From NCBI GenBank assembly GCA_004022145.1, contig RCNU01000002.1: 64,000 nucleotides of DNA. One strand, given 5' to 3'. The DNA is from Paecilomyces variotii. Taxonomy: Eukaryota. Position numbers and translations under genes: made by a program. Shown here one piece after another: positions 38,124-51,901 of the stretch. The notes under the pieces are model-generated. The model searched no databases. It was not told the DNA's origin and was given only the letters and a program-made list of their open reading frames with translations. Numbering within the stretch: position 1 is the first letter of the stretch; each line of letters starts with the position of its first letter.

Positions 38124-38839
38124 ATGTCTCAGCCATTTGACCCCGAGAAGGCGGAGAACCTTGACGATGTAAATGCTCAAATTACTCGTTTCCCCGCTGC
38201 ACAATCTGAAATACCAGGCATACTGACAGTCTATCTGATTTAGATCGAGAAGCAATTTGCAGTGAAAGGTCAGTACCTGGCTCGCGAACCTACGCGTCTA
38301 TCAAAAACTGAAATTCATTCGAAATAGCCGTCGAACATTTGATGACCTACTGGTCAATCCTCGAGAAGGTGCGGGGCTCTCAGTTGCGACTGACGAAAAT
38401 GGACGATGAGATCTATGAACACCTGAAGAAAGAATTCCCTGATTTCGATCCCGCGGCCACCATTAATGAGGATGATATGAAGAGCAAAGAAGGAAAGGAG
38501 AAGTGGCGCAACTTCATGAACCAGTACGAGAAGAAAGTTGCCGACTTCAACTTCGGTACAATCTTGAGAGCGAACCCCAAGTTTGAATATGAGCAAGATA
38601 CGACAATCTTCGGTAGGGCGCCTTTGATAGATGGCGCCACATCGTGGCATAGCTTGGGCCTGGATTGGCTAACATTTCCGACATAGTACCCCGCATGCAA
38701 TTCTATGCTGTCGAGATCGCACGGTAAGTAGAGCCACGGAAGAGGAAAATTATGAAGCGTATCTGACTCGAGACAGAAACCGCGCGGGACTGAACGACTG
38801 GATATACGAGAGAGCACACCCTGAAGAAAAGTCATCGTG
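38124..38839 (+). CDS. PBDC1 / YPL225W (Chp1)-like protein; multi-exon
   Basis: AENLDD|IEKQFAVK|AVEHLMTYWSILEK...LTKMDDEIYEH...KEKWRNFM...DFNFGTILR...PRMQFYAVEIARNR.GLND. Confidence 0.9.
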
Positions 38840-39623
38840 AATGTGACTCACCTAAGATGTCAGCGGTGGATGAGAGCATACTCTTAGCAGACGCGAAGTA
38901 GCCCAGGGAGTGCTCTTCGCCCGAGATACCAGCTTCGACAGTATACGATAGCCCCAGACCCAGATTCCTGTTCATGCCTGGGTGATGAAGACAATGCCAG
39001 GCATCTGCTCGAAAGGTCGTGGACGAAGTTTAGACTCGTGTCAATAAGATTCTGATTGAATACCAATATTCGACCGATCCTATCCAGAGGAGGCTCACGA
39101 CATATGGCATAATGGTGGCGTTAGGTCTTTGTTGCGGTTACAGTTATGGAAGTGATTAGTCGACTGTCTCGTCATCTGGATGGGACTGTCATGAACGGAT
39201 AGGCAACTCTGGCTTTATTTTGCAGTTACATAGATTTTGAGAGACGCCCTGGTATTGGAGAACAAGGGACAGTGCCTCCCACGTGACATAATCAAGTTAT
39301 TTTCTTGAAGACAATAATACTAAAAGAGTTCATTCATAATTTCAACACTTTTACTCTACGCGCTTTGTAAATCTGGTTTATTTGACAAACTTCTATGATC
39401 TAGTGGTCAACTTCCAAGCCCTTCTCAAAGATGCCCCTGACTCGTGTCTGCATCGTCTAGATTCGATATGGGTGTTCATTCCCTCCTATTTTTGTTTTGA
39501 ACCGACTCGCGAACTGCTTTGTTGATCTCGAAGATGGGCCACTCCGCTAAGTTGTCGAGACATTTTTTCTCTATATGCAACAGGGCGAAGAAATACTTTC
39601 TTGACTCTGCCGGCCAGTACAGA

Positions 39624-42600
39624 ATGGAAGGAGGAAACGCAACTATGTCATGTCATGAGAACACCAGACGTGGCCGAGTAAACACTCTGTCACTATTCGG
39701 ATTCACAACACGCAAGCATATCCCTACTCTTATAGTAGCGGTGCTTACAACGATAGCTGCTGCGATGATACAGCCTTTATCCGCGATATTCCTTGGTAAC
39801 ATATTCGACACACTCACGAAATTTGGGGCTGGACATTTTTCCGGCGAAGAACTGCTTAGCAGAACTTCTGAAAGTTGTGGCATATTGCTGAGCCTTGGCG
39901 TCGCAAACTGGATACTGAGTGGCCTTTGCTTGATGTTTTGGTTAACATTTGGGGAACTGCAAGCCAAGAGCGGTCATGATGCTCTCTTTCTAGAGTTGTT
40001 GAAGAAAGATATGGCGTGGTTTGAAGGTCAAACGGATGGTGTTGGGGCCCTCTTAGTCCATATTCAAGGGTGAGTCTCTTGCGGACATTGTTATAGCATG
40101 TTCTAATCTGGACTTTAGAAAAATACGTGATCTACAGAGAGCTACATCTGAGCCTTTGGGCTTTGCAATGCAATTCTCTATCCGGGCATTGGTAGCGCTT
40201 GGTGTAGCATCCTTCACGTCATGGAGACTAACACTGGTAACGCTCGCTGCGGTACCTCCCTGCGCAGCCCTAGTCTCCTGGCTCTCGTCTAGGATACAGC
40301 AAGGAATTGATATGCAGAAGCACGAGCTGGCCACATCGTCGAGGATATCGTACAACGCCTTTTCATTGATCCGCGTTGTGAAGTGTTTTAACGGACAAGG
40401 ATTCGAATATGACAAATATGTCGCCAGTATCAATCGTGCCGCACAATATTATCTATGGCAAGCACATCTGAGCGCTTCTCAAATCTCCTGTGTTCGATTT
40501 ATGAGCTTTGGGATGTTTGTGCAGGGCTTCTGGTATGGTAGCTCGCTAGTTGCCTCTGGATCTCTATCATCTGGTCAGGTTTTAAGGACCTTTTGGGCCT
40601 GTCTGGTCCTTGTGCAGTCGATTGAGCAAATACTTCCTCAGACTGTCATCATCGAAAAAGGGAAAGCAGCCGGTAGCTCACTTAGAGCGATTATGGATCA
40701 ATCGTCCTGTAGTAAGCAGCTAGTGGAGAGGCATTATCCTCGCCGCTGCAAAGGCAGCATCGAGATCAAGAATGTAAGTACAATACAGGCATCTCAAGCT
40801 TCTTTTGGAATCTAACAAGAAAAGATATCTTTCGCCTATCCGTCGCATCTAGAAAGGCTAGCGCTTCAATCCTCAAGTTTCCTCTTCCCCGCTGGAGAAA
40901 TGACATTCATTATTGGGCCTATTGGATCCGGAAAATCTACGCTCGCTTCTCTGCTTGCAAGAATCTATGCTCCAATGTCCGGAAAAATCACGATAGACGG
41001 ATATCCTATGGAAGCACTTGATTCTGATTGGATTCGAGATAACATCACAATTTTCCACCAGCAGAACACGCTTTTCGACGAGACCATATTGACGAATATC
41101 GTATTTGGTTGCCCGGAACACAAAAGGATCACAGAAGGGGACATTCAAGAAAGTATCGATGTTGCTATGCTGCGAAGAACAATTGGGAATTTCCCAGAGA
41201 AATTGGACACTTTTGTCACATCCCAGGGAAATACGTTGAGCGGTGGCCAAAAACAGCGGATTGCTATTGCTCGGGCAAGGCTGAGAGATACCCCGATTTT
41301 GATTCTCGACGAGTGCACCGGCGCCCTTGATTATACAACTAGGAGACATGTTATGGACTCGATCCGTCAATGGCGAGAAGGGAAGACAACTATCGTCATC
41401 ACACACGACTTATCACAAATTCGGCCTTCAGATTTGATTTACGTACTGAAGCAGGGTCGTGTTGTATGTTCCGGCTATAAGCATGAGCTTGGTATGATTA
41501 CTCCGGCTGAATCCCAGGAGGAAAAAGCGACAGACACGTTAGACACGCTCAATAAAGACTACGATATTCCTGAGAAGGACAGAAAGTTTCCCCCAGAAGA
41601 CAAAGTCCCTAAATGCAAAAGGAGATTGCCGCGTTCAACATGCCAACGTAGACATAACCCAGCCGAAATCCCGTGTCAGGAAAAGGAACATCATTTGTTA
41701 TCGATAGCAGAAGTGATGATCAGGATACCTACCCATCTAAACGCTCGTCAGCGCCTAATCTTTGTCCTGGCTCTATTCAGTACTGTCATTCATGCCGTTG
41801 CCACTCCTGTTTTCTCATACCTGCTCTCTCGTCTACTTCAGACATTCTACGCTAACGGCCGCCGCTCAGAGAGCACAATGAAGTGGTCGCTTGCAATACT
41901 CGCTGTCGGTATACTTGACACAGCTGCATCGTATCTAATGCATTATATGCTAGAATATTGTGGACAAGTGTGGATCGATTCTATCCGGAAAGTGGCTATG
42001 AGTCGAATTCTGGATCAACCACTATCATGGTTCGAACAAACTGAGAATGAGCCATCTACTCTCGTGACACATCTCACTCAAGATGCAGAGGATATGAGAA
42101 ATCTAATTAGCAAGGTTCTGGGGTTTATCTTGTTGACTATTGCCATCATATCGATAGCAGGTGTCTGGAGTGTCTTCACTTGCTGGGAGCTGTCAGTGGT
42201 TATTTTCGCATGTGCTCCCTTCATATACGCAGTCACAGATGGGTTCGAGAAAATAAGCAAAGAATGGGAGACGCGATGTGATGTGATCAGAGACAGTTCG
42301 TCGTTGATATTCGCGGACACGTTCTCTCGTATCCAAACTGTGAAAGCCTTGACCTTGGAATCATATTTTCGAGTCAAGCACATGAAAGCGTCGACTAAAG
42401 CGGTCAAGGCAGGATTTAAGAGAGCTGGATACTCGGGACTACTTTTTGGCCTTGTTGATTCCATGGTCCTTTTGATCAGTGGTATGTCGTAATACTCCTG
42501 ATGAAAGAACCAGATATCACTGACCTCAATTGCTAGCGCTCATCTTCTACTATGGAGCAGTCCTAGCGTCATCACAAAAATACACAACTCATGATATCTT

Positions 42601-43604
42601 GACAGTATTCTCCGTACTTCTATTCAGCACTGGATATGTTACTATGGTTCTATCGTGGAGTATGTTTCTTTCCGCACATTGGTTGTCTTTGTGACTTGAC
42701 CGCTGACTCCAGAGTAGTCCCCCAGTTGAATTCGAGTCAGCTCTCTGCGAACCGACTCTTGCGTATGGCGAGTCTGGGAGAGAAGGACTCTCACGAGCAT
42801 AGTGGCATATTATACATATCTAACCCCAGTCCGATCTCGTTAGCGAATATTAATTTCGGCTATCCGTCCCGGCCTGGTATACTTGCCGTGCGTGACCTGA
42901 ATCTAAGCATCCCTGCCAACAGCTGCACTACGATTGTGGGACATTCAGGGTCAGGGAAGTCCACATTGGTTTCCTTGCTAATGCGCTTGTATGCACTACC
43001 ACAGTTAAACGATTCAATCCCATGGATCTCAATGAGAGGGGTCGACATTGGCCAACTAGACATTAAAAGGCTTCGATCCCTCATTGCTGTTGTTCCTCAA
43101 CAGCCTGCATTGTTCCCCGACACAATCGCTGCCAATATCGCTTATGGGTTGGACTCACTGTCACCCTTCCACACGGAAGAGAATATCCGATCTGCTGCGA
43201 AGGCTGTCGGAATTGACGACTTCATCTTATCCCTCCCTGAAGGATACTCGACCGTCGTTGGTGATGGGGGTCTGAGCTTCTCTGGCGGGCAAACTCAACT
43301 GCTGACCATTGCTCGAGCACTAGTGCGGCAACCGCGTGTTTTGGTCCTTGACGAAGTTACTGCCAGTCTCGATGCCGCAAGCGCAGGAGTCGTCAGGCGA
43401 ACCGTTCGCAAACTGGTTGCGCAGAGAAGAGGGTTGACGGTTATCATCGTCTCTCACTCAAGGGAGATGATGGACATTGCTGACAATGTTGTGGTCATGG
43501 AGCAGGGAACTATCGTGGAGGAAGGCCCATATCATGCGCTTATGCAACGCGAGAAAGGGAAATTGAGAAGGTTGATAGATGATGCCGATGCCAGGGGCAA
43601 TTAA
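39624..43604 (+). CDS. Full-length ABCB transporter, Ste6-like a-factor pheromone exporter family; multi-exon
   Basis: TMD-NBD-TMD-NBD layout. NBD1 has GPIGSGKST, LSGGQKQR and ILILDE; NBD2 has GHSGSGKST, FSGGQ and VLVLDE. The FGELQAK and MFVQGFWYG segments fit the Ste6-like subfamily rather than MDR1. Confidence 0.85.
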
Positions 43605-45078
43605 AATTGGGGGAGTGGGCAATTGACGATCGTATGTAGGACTAACACATTGCGTTTCTCCTACCTCGAACTGTACAAGATACAAAGCCATTACAGGACT
43701 TTGCGCATAGTATGGTCTAAATACAACGAGTCTCGTCATGTCCATTCAGCACCTGTCTCATGGAACAGCTGCCCCATACCATATGGAGATACTGGGCCCC
43801 TGGTTAGAAGAATAAAGGAAGTGTTGACAGCACAAAGAGTTGGAAGGAGATAGTTACGCCCTAGAGAATGGCACTGACACAATTGCCCATGACCCCACAA
43901 AAGTACAGAAGAGAACAATGAAAAGGCATTCGATAGACAAGACCTATCACAGACGCAAGTTATCTTGCAATGTTGCTAGTAAGTAGTTAGCGATAATCAT
44001 CTTAGTTGAAAGCTGTCTGCAATCATCAATGAAAGGCAAGATCATATTCTACCCGCCGGTGTTACTTAGCGTGGCAATGATCTAAAAATATGTAACTGAA
44101 CCGCCGTGGCTGCATTTGTGGTACGGGGTACGTAAGAAAGCCAGGCTTGAAGTTTATCGTGTGGTAACGCCGGGCAGCATCCATACAGAATAATAATAAC
44201 GAGACCCAGTGCTGGAGTACCCTGGTTCAGCGCTGACATTGTCCCGCGTGTAGGATCAGCCCTATCGAGGGATAGTTCGATATCCATCCAGGCACACGTC
44301 GATTCATAGACCTGTCGAGTATTGCAGAGCATCTGGGCGGCCTGATGGCATCTCACAGAATCTGGCCCTCGTTATTCATATGGCGCTGGGTAGAGTTTCT
44401 GGCACGTTTCCTCGCAGAGAGGTCGTAATACCCGAAGGCGAGAGTTGTGGTGGTTGTGGTGGCAGGGAACGCGGGCTGGAGCGTACTTAGAGTAGAACAA
44501 GTCAGACTGCGATCGACTGGGCTTGTTTCGACTGGTCGCGCAGATAACCAGCCATGCCAGCCGATGGGTTCCCTGAAAAAAAAAAAAAAGTACGACGTTC
44601 TTGTTAATTAATACTCGCGATCTGTTCCATCATTACCTCTTCCAACCTCAACCGCCCCTGGCTCTCCTATTGTCGTTTGCGACAGGCTCCATCTCTGAGC
44701 CAATCCACTGTCCTGCGTCATCTTCTTGGGCCTGCGACAATGTCGTTGCTTCGTTACCTAGTTGCTTAGGGACTCCCGTTAACCAGCAAGAATTGATTAA
44801 TCAATCAGTCTCGGTGGTCGCGCTTCTGACAAAGCTTCCGACGAGGCCCTCGAACAGCTCTTCTCCGTGTTCCGCCTGACGGATCTGCGCGGATTGAACT
44901 TCTCGAAACTGCGCCACAGTCGCCTCATCCACGCGAATTTCAACTGACCCTCACGATTTCAAATCTCGAGGGCATTTCTCCAGGGGAAAGGAAAAACAGA
45001 AAAAAGAAAAAAAAGAAAAAAAACAAATCGCATGCGCTAAGCAGGTATCTCGTCTGCACTCTGCACGACGTTGTGAAG

Positions 45079-46427
45079 ATGTGGATCCCCCACTTAGATT
45101 ATCAACATCTGCAACCCCGTCAGAGCCAAAACAGTGATAAGAACACATCCTTGATTGTCGTAAGTCTTCGCATTGGATCCGATTATTATCATTGTTTCCT
45201 CTTGCTTGCTCTGGATTGCTTTGGATCTGACGTTCATGATGATCATAGGGTGTTACAGTGATAGTCTTTGTTATCTCAAGTTGTGTCGTAACATATACTG
45301 TCCTCCGCGCCCTTCGCAAGAGAGACTATGAGCCAAAACTATTACCGGGAAAATACTTGAAGCAAAAATGGAAGAATTGGAACCCTGGAAAAACCTACGG
45401 TCAAGTATCGGGCGGCTCGACCCCAGATCGCAATCAGGATACTTCTTATAATCCCGTCACTACAGTCAGTTCGGAGATGCGCTCGACGAATGCTCCACGC
45501 CGTGATTCTTCCATCCGCTCCGTAATCACTTTACCCGCTTATTCGGTAACCCCGAAGCCCACGGAGCAGGTCATTGCTAGAGAGGGAGAGAGAGCTGGAA
45601 TGGATGTTGTGGTCGAATTCCCGGAGACAGCCGAGGAGGAGGAATCACGCAGAGAGAGTCAGATGGAGGCACTGTATCAGATCCGCCTTCGTCGACGACG
45701 CGAGCTTGAGGCCCGTGAGGAACGCAGACGAGAACGCCGGGAGGCGCGAAGCCGTGGTGATTTGGCTCGTCTAGAGGAGTTGCGCCGCGAGAGCATCCGC
45801 AGACGTTCCGAAGATGCCAGCAGTCCGACACCCAGCGCGGCGGCCATGCTAGCAGAACAACGATCTCGTAGTCGACAGAGGCGGATATCGAGCGTCAGTT
45901 ATGCGGCTCTTGGACAGGTTCGACATGATGGATCGCGACTGCGCGCGAACTCGGCAGATTCCGATCAGGCTCCGTTGCTGGATTCTGCCGGCGCCATGGG
46001 TACCGAAGCCAGACCTTCTCTCTCGTCCAGTCGAACCAATTCTCACTTTAGAGGCGACTCGGGATCTTCCATGATGTCCGGATCGACTGGTGGATCTGAT
46101 TCCGATACCCTCAACCCCGTGGTTTCTCGGATTTCGGCTGGCCCTGGCGCATCCGAACAGGACGAAGTCGACGTCGGCGAGTCTGAGATCCCGCCACCTC
46201 CTGATTATGAAGAGGTGGGATTGGGTGATGCGCCACCGTATGAGAGCCCGACGAGCGAAAGACGACCAGAAATACCGCAGCTTGCTGGGATCGCAAATAT
46301 CCCGGCCATCCATATCGACGTTGCGACGCCGTTGACTGCTACACCGAACACCCCTCGCTTTCCTCCCGTGGGAGAATCGGAAGACTCGACGCAGTCAGAT
46401 CATGAGAGTATCCATGATCATCAATAG
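45079..46427 (+). CDS. Uncharacterised single-pass membrane protein with an Arg/Glu coiled coil and PPxY motifs
   Basis: Exon 1 plus intron 45160-45248, TM VIVFVISSCVVTYTVL, SIRSVITLPAY, VVVEFPETAEEEE and PPPPDY. Confidence 0.78.
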
Positions 46428-47657
46428 CCTGCCTATCATTTTGACCCCAGTTTCTAACCGCGATGGAACATATGTGTCTTTTCTCCCATACAACGCGGGA
46501 TCCCCAGCGAAGGGATTTACGTGACATGAACACGACATAATGACTGTCTTTTATCTACAGCACGCTCTTTCCCCTCTCACCTGTCTGTCTCTTATCATCT
46601 TCATCTCGATATCTAGCATGGCGTTATTGGGTTATTGGGGGGAGGATGTTCTGACCTAGCTTCTTATCTATACCCGTACAGTTCAAGGGCAGACATGTAA
46701 CCCCTCCCCGAATCGATATTTCCGCTGAAAGTCTCTACATACAAATTGGCTTCGGTACATTTCCTTTCATGTATTCTTTTGTGTCGGGAGTACGGGCATA
46801 TGCGAATTGTACAGAGGCCGGGTCATTGGGGTGGAACTGGCTGTCGCTATTTCCGTATTTTGGACAATTGAAATCAAACTAAGATCAGGATCGAGTAAAC
46901 ATTGTATATTTTGGCGAGATTTTTGATGTTTAAGTCTCTAAGGGTGGGATTGTCTGTGTACTGGACATGCCTTGGTAAAATATATTGATTGCTATTTTAT
47001 TACAGGGCAAGCCTGGAGATTGCGCACTGTATTGTCCGCAGCCAGAACTCATTTACCTATGTGGTATTCATGGCCTACGCCATAAAAGCTTTCTTGATGG
47101 ATGATCCGGATCACTCTTGCTAGCCTGGTTAATAAATAATTAATGTATCAATACAATCCTACGGTGCAGCGTTGTCCACGAGGCAGTGGCCGTCCCGTGA
47201 CCCGTGGTTTCCCTCGCGGCCAGCTCAGCTCGCGCTTGCCCGTTTTGAGAAACTAGTGCCCCGGCCACCGCAGTAAACAAACCGTCTTTCTCGGCGCCCA
47301 TCGTCGATGCTCAATGCTCGATGCTCCATAATACTCCAACACATCCTTGATGCCTCTCCACCTGGAACACTGAAATCCATGGCATCGCCAGCGTGATACG
47401 TGACAGCACAAACATCTTGACTTATCAGGCTGTCTCGTGTATTCTATTACAGCTGGCATACTTCTCCCTGTCTCATCAGACGCGATCTGTCGCGTCGTAC
47501 GACCAGGATCGTCTCTGTTACCACGGACAACGCTTTCGCATCCGTGCTTTGACCTGGTGATATCTAGACGCCAAAATAGACGACAGAAAGGAGCATTATC
47601 TTGCGAAGACGATCTCAAATTCTACCGCGGCTTGCTGCTTGGAAGTTCCAGCGCAAC

Positions 47658-50600
47658 ATGCCTGCTGATTATTATACAAGACATTCGGATGCCACGACGG
47701 CGAGTCGAGATTCCTTTGGCGATTCTACAATTTCGGACTTTGATCCAGAGCACGAAGCTCTCGCGTCAACTAGACAGATCGATAGCAGCCACGAGCTTCC
47801 AGAGATAAGAGGAAGCGCAAGGAAAAACCGCGACAGCGACGCGCAGGACGACGCTGATTTCGCGATCGACACGTCTGCATTGCACCGGGCTTTTCCCGAC
47901 TTTTCCCAGGTTCACTCTTCCGAAGAGGACGACGACATGTCCATTGAAGTCGGACGAGGAGCAAAGACGACGGCTCGACAGCTGGACGACTCGAGGACGT
48001 CAGTCATGAGCTTCGAGAACAGTGTCCGCTCTTCCTCCCCAGCGGTGAAGCTGGACTATCCCTCTCCACAGGCGCAATCAAAGCTGAGAACGCGCACTAC
48101 CAGCAGACGCGTCACTAGCGGTGCTGACAACCTCCGCAAGGATGCTCAGCTCAGACGGGCAAGCCAAGCGCAGAAAGAAAATGTTGAGCCTCAGGTTGTC
48201 CCCAGACCCAGGAATCCTACACCCGCTACTGCTCAGGGTAACGACCAGCGCCGGACCTTGTCAGACATTCACGCCAAGGTTCGTGACACATATGATGGCT
48301 CATTTATCGCCGACGAACGGCCTTCGAATGTCCCTGTGAACAAGCGGACGACGAGATTCGGAAGTGCACGGGTCAATGATATTCAGGCAAGAGTTGCCGA
48401 AGCCGTTGACAAAGCATCCTACGACGTCTATGGAAGGGACAGCCGCGGTGCCAGGATGGACTCCAACACGAGAAACTCCGCGAATTTCACGCAGACATCC
48501 AACACCTTTGCAGACACTGGCACTCACCAATCTTTCCTCCTTCCTGACCTTCCAAATCTCTCAGAGCTCGTGTCGGGTGTGTATGATAATGGGACACCGG
48601 TGTTCCCGGGAAAGAATAAATCGCGAACAACGCGTTTTGTCTCCCCACCACACGACGGTGGTGAGCCATCGTACGTTCACAACCACAGACCAGTGGACGC
48701 TGTTCCTATTCCAGAGGACGAAAAAGCATTATTTGTCTCATTGAGGCTGCTGCAGGATAAGGTGGCGGAGCTGGAGCTTTCCAGGTCAGAGACAGAGAAG
48801 AGACTCGAAGACATGCGCGAAGAAAACGCGATATTGAAAGCAGACAAGGCCCGACGCCAAAAAGACCAGTACAACCGCCTAAGATATTATGGCAGCGACG
48901 AAGACGAATACGGGCACGCCAACCGAAAACTCAGCACCGAAAAGAATCGTATGTGTGATTTGTCTCTGTTTTGAATCCATTTTACTGACTAGACTCAGGA
49001 CTCGAATCTGCCAACTACGCATTGCAGAATAGCCTCGAGATTGCCAACAGAAAAGTCGATGTACATGAAAGCGCTCTTAAGACTCTCAAGCGTGAACACG
49101 ACATGGCAGTCTCCCAGCTGGGAGTTGCGTATCTTAACTCACAGGATTTGAAGGCAGAGAATGAGTCCTTGAGACAGGAAAACGCGGAACTCAAGGCTCA
49201 GGTGACGAAATTGCTTGCTCTCACGCGAAAGGGCAAGGCCCGTGATGAGGGTACTACCCGCTCGGAGCGTGGAATGGACGACGAAGAAGCTGCCGACGAC
49301 GAGGGGATGTATACTCAGCAAAGCGCTGACACGACTAGACAATCTTTGGAAGAGCCGACGAAGCCTGTAGCTCGTAGATCGAGCTCCGCAAACCGACAGG
49401 GCTCTCAGGCAAAGGTGTCGAAGCAGATTGACGAGGAAATTTCCAGACTGGAGAAGGAGCAACAAGATGATGCTCTTTTCTCTCTTGATGCCCCTAGATC
49501 AAGCCATGCGGCATCCACGTCCAAGCCCTCGAAGGCAGCTAGCCGCTCACGGGAGGCCTCCCAGACAAAGAAGCCGAATACGAGCAAGCAAAGAGTCAAG
49601 AGGGTCGTGGTTGAAGACGTGGACATTGACGAGCCAACCTCGGTTAACACGGAAGATACTCGGGACCAGACTGGCGCTGATGAAGACCTGACATTGTTGA
49701 GCTTCATTGATGGCAATGAAATAGCCCAGTTGCGCAAGACACTTGAAGAAGAGAGAGCGGCGCGCAAGCAGCGACTATCTGCTGCCGTGAGAGATCACAC
49801 GGCGGATGAGAGTCGTAACGCTACTCGTCCGGCAGCTATTCCCTCGCGGCCACGTAAGTCGTCGCTGAAGGAGACGAAGCCATCTTTTACCAGACGTGCC
49901 TCTACTGGTGACGCGACGGGGAAGACGATCGATGACGGCAATAAGGAGCTGCGCGTACCGACTGTCTCTGAACGTCACCGCCGCCATTCTGATAACTCCG
50001 TGTCGACTGTGCGACGGCGGCGTCCCACCAACAATGGGGAAATGACTTCCGCCTTCATTATCCCTGATATCACTCTGCATCATTCAGACCCAGAACTCGC
50101 GAGGACTGAGAAACTGTCCGAATCGGCAAAGCGTGTGCTGGATACAGTTGCGAAGCACGACGGGACGAACTGCACTATCTGCAAACGATTTATCCCTAGC
50201 GGTGTCGAGCATTCTCACGGTGATTCGTATCGTCGAGAAAGCGTCACCATACCCAGGCCTGTGCCTGTCAGCGACCGTATTCCGATGTCCAATTCCTACA
50301 ACGAAGAGCACACGTTACGACCGTCACAGCCGCCAGCCATTGCCCTAGCCACTGTTTTGAAGACTCTTGAGGACGAACTCTCGCACCTTAAGATGCTTCT
50401 TGCCAGATACCAAGCTGCATACAACAGAATGGACGCGTCTCTCAGCAAGCGGCAAAGGAAGAAATTGTATGAGAGGATTGAGAATACATTGAAAGATATA
50501 GATTCGAAGTCGGATCAAATCTATGCTCTCTATGATGTTCTCGAAGGCCAGAAGCAGAACGGCCAGCTCATGACGGAGCAGGAACTGGAGGTTACGCTCC

Positions 50601-50800
50601 AGTCTATCGGAATTAACGTCGATCAACCAGCGCCTGGGGCAGATAATACGGGTCTCAGCAATGGATCATCTAAGAGGAACGTTGGTGTGGAAAACGATGA
50701 TGACTATGATCCGGACGAAGACGATGAACTTCCTTGGGAGGGCATTGAGAGTACAGGAGAGGTGACGGGTCGCAGCTTTGGCGGCCGACGTGACATTTAA
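47658..50800 (+). CDS. Ppc89/Cep57-like spindle-pole-body protein
   Basis: QSFLLPDLPNLSELVSG; coiled coil LFVSLRLLQDKVAELE; C-terminal TLRPSQPPAIALATVLKTLEDEL...KSDQIYALYDVLE resembling the Cep57 microtubule-binding domain. Intron 48949-48998. Forkhead-like GTAAACAAA upstream at 47273-47281. Confidence 0.8.
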
Positions 50801-51098
50801 TCTGATTTTTCGATTGCATTGGGCTGATTGCATGGCCCGGTTTTTGTTCTGGATGGGCACATTATTATCTTCTTCAGCGTGCTCTTCTCTTCTAGGACTT
50901 CTTGGTTTTCGTCCGAAGGTGTTGGATTTTCTTGCTTGCCGTTTTTGTTACATTCACGACACAATGGGTCTGACAGTGCGAGGCCACCATAACTTCAGAC
51001 CTGTCTCTCTGGGCCGTGGAAAAATCCTTCTGTGCTTTCTTCATTCGCCGCTGAAACTATACCTGTGTGACATTGACGGGAACCATTCCTATGTACTT

Positions 51099-51390
51099 GT
51101 GCTTCTAGAGCTTGGTTCTATCGGGCGTCGACTGACCTTTTGGTGTATGTCCGCCTACTATGGGCTTTGAGCTCGAAGTGCATCAGTGCAGTTCCTGTCG
51201 TGTTTCTGCTTGCGTTCTTGGCCTTTTGACAACGTCGCGGGGAAAGTCTGTCCGCGTATGGATATGACCTTCGTGTACTTCTTGAGCTTGGTTCTACTGG
51301 GCGTTGACTGACCCTTTGGGTGTATGTCCGCCTACTATGAGCTTCGAGTTCGAAGTATATGCTGAAGGTCCTTGTTGTGTTTCTGTTCAT
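51099..51390. repeat. Imperfect tandem duplication, unit spacing 176-177 bp, between the 3' ends of Ppc89-like and TFB3
   Basis: 51099-~51215 aligns with 51275-~51390. A perfect 21-nt core GGTGTATGTCCGCCTACTATG lies at 51142 and 51319. Confidence 0.85.
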
Positions 51391-51901
51391 CGCGCACTGC
51401 ACTCTGGGTGTTTGGGAGCCATTGGATCCGTTTCTGCACTGCAGGAAGATGTTGTACTGTTGTATCTGGTTGAACTTTGTACCTGTGTGGCTCTTGGTTA
51501 GAGATTCAGTGGTTGTATTTTTACTATCCGCGGCCGAGAAATTTGAATAATCAGCTCATACTCCAATGGAGAGAGTAAAAGTTGGTATGTGGTCCAGCTC
51601 CTATAACAGTAGAGGTATCCTAGTAGAGATCGCAACCGTAGCTCATGAAGTCATCGCCTTTGTTTTCTATATAAGAAGAGTGGGCTAAACCTAGTTAGAA
51701 TATTAGATCCAGTGTCCCTATAGGTAACCGACCCGCAGTAGATCGTCAAAAAGAATGTTCCTTTTTTATTCCCATGAGTGATGCGCCGAAACTCCTCGCT
51801 ATGCTAGAAACGTCCCTCCGGTAATGAAGAAATAACATTTAGAATCCCACCCGAAAGAACGAGCTGGTGCGTAAAGACCGATTACACCCGACGGCCCAAG
51901 C

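Noticed and set aside
38840-45000. Search for a tiny CAAX-ending a-factor-type pheromone ORF beside the Ste6-like exporter
   Set aside because: By eye I found only non-CAAX endings (for example MPLTRVCIV* at 39431 and a CHMS* ending on the minus strand). The scan was not exhaustive.
44576-45027. Poly-A and purine-rich tracts upstream of the membrane-protein gene
   Set aside because: These are ordinary promoter/UTR low-complexity tracts, with no associated retro-element features.
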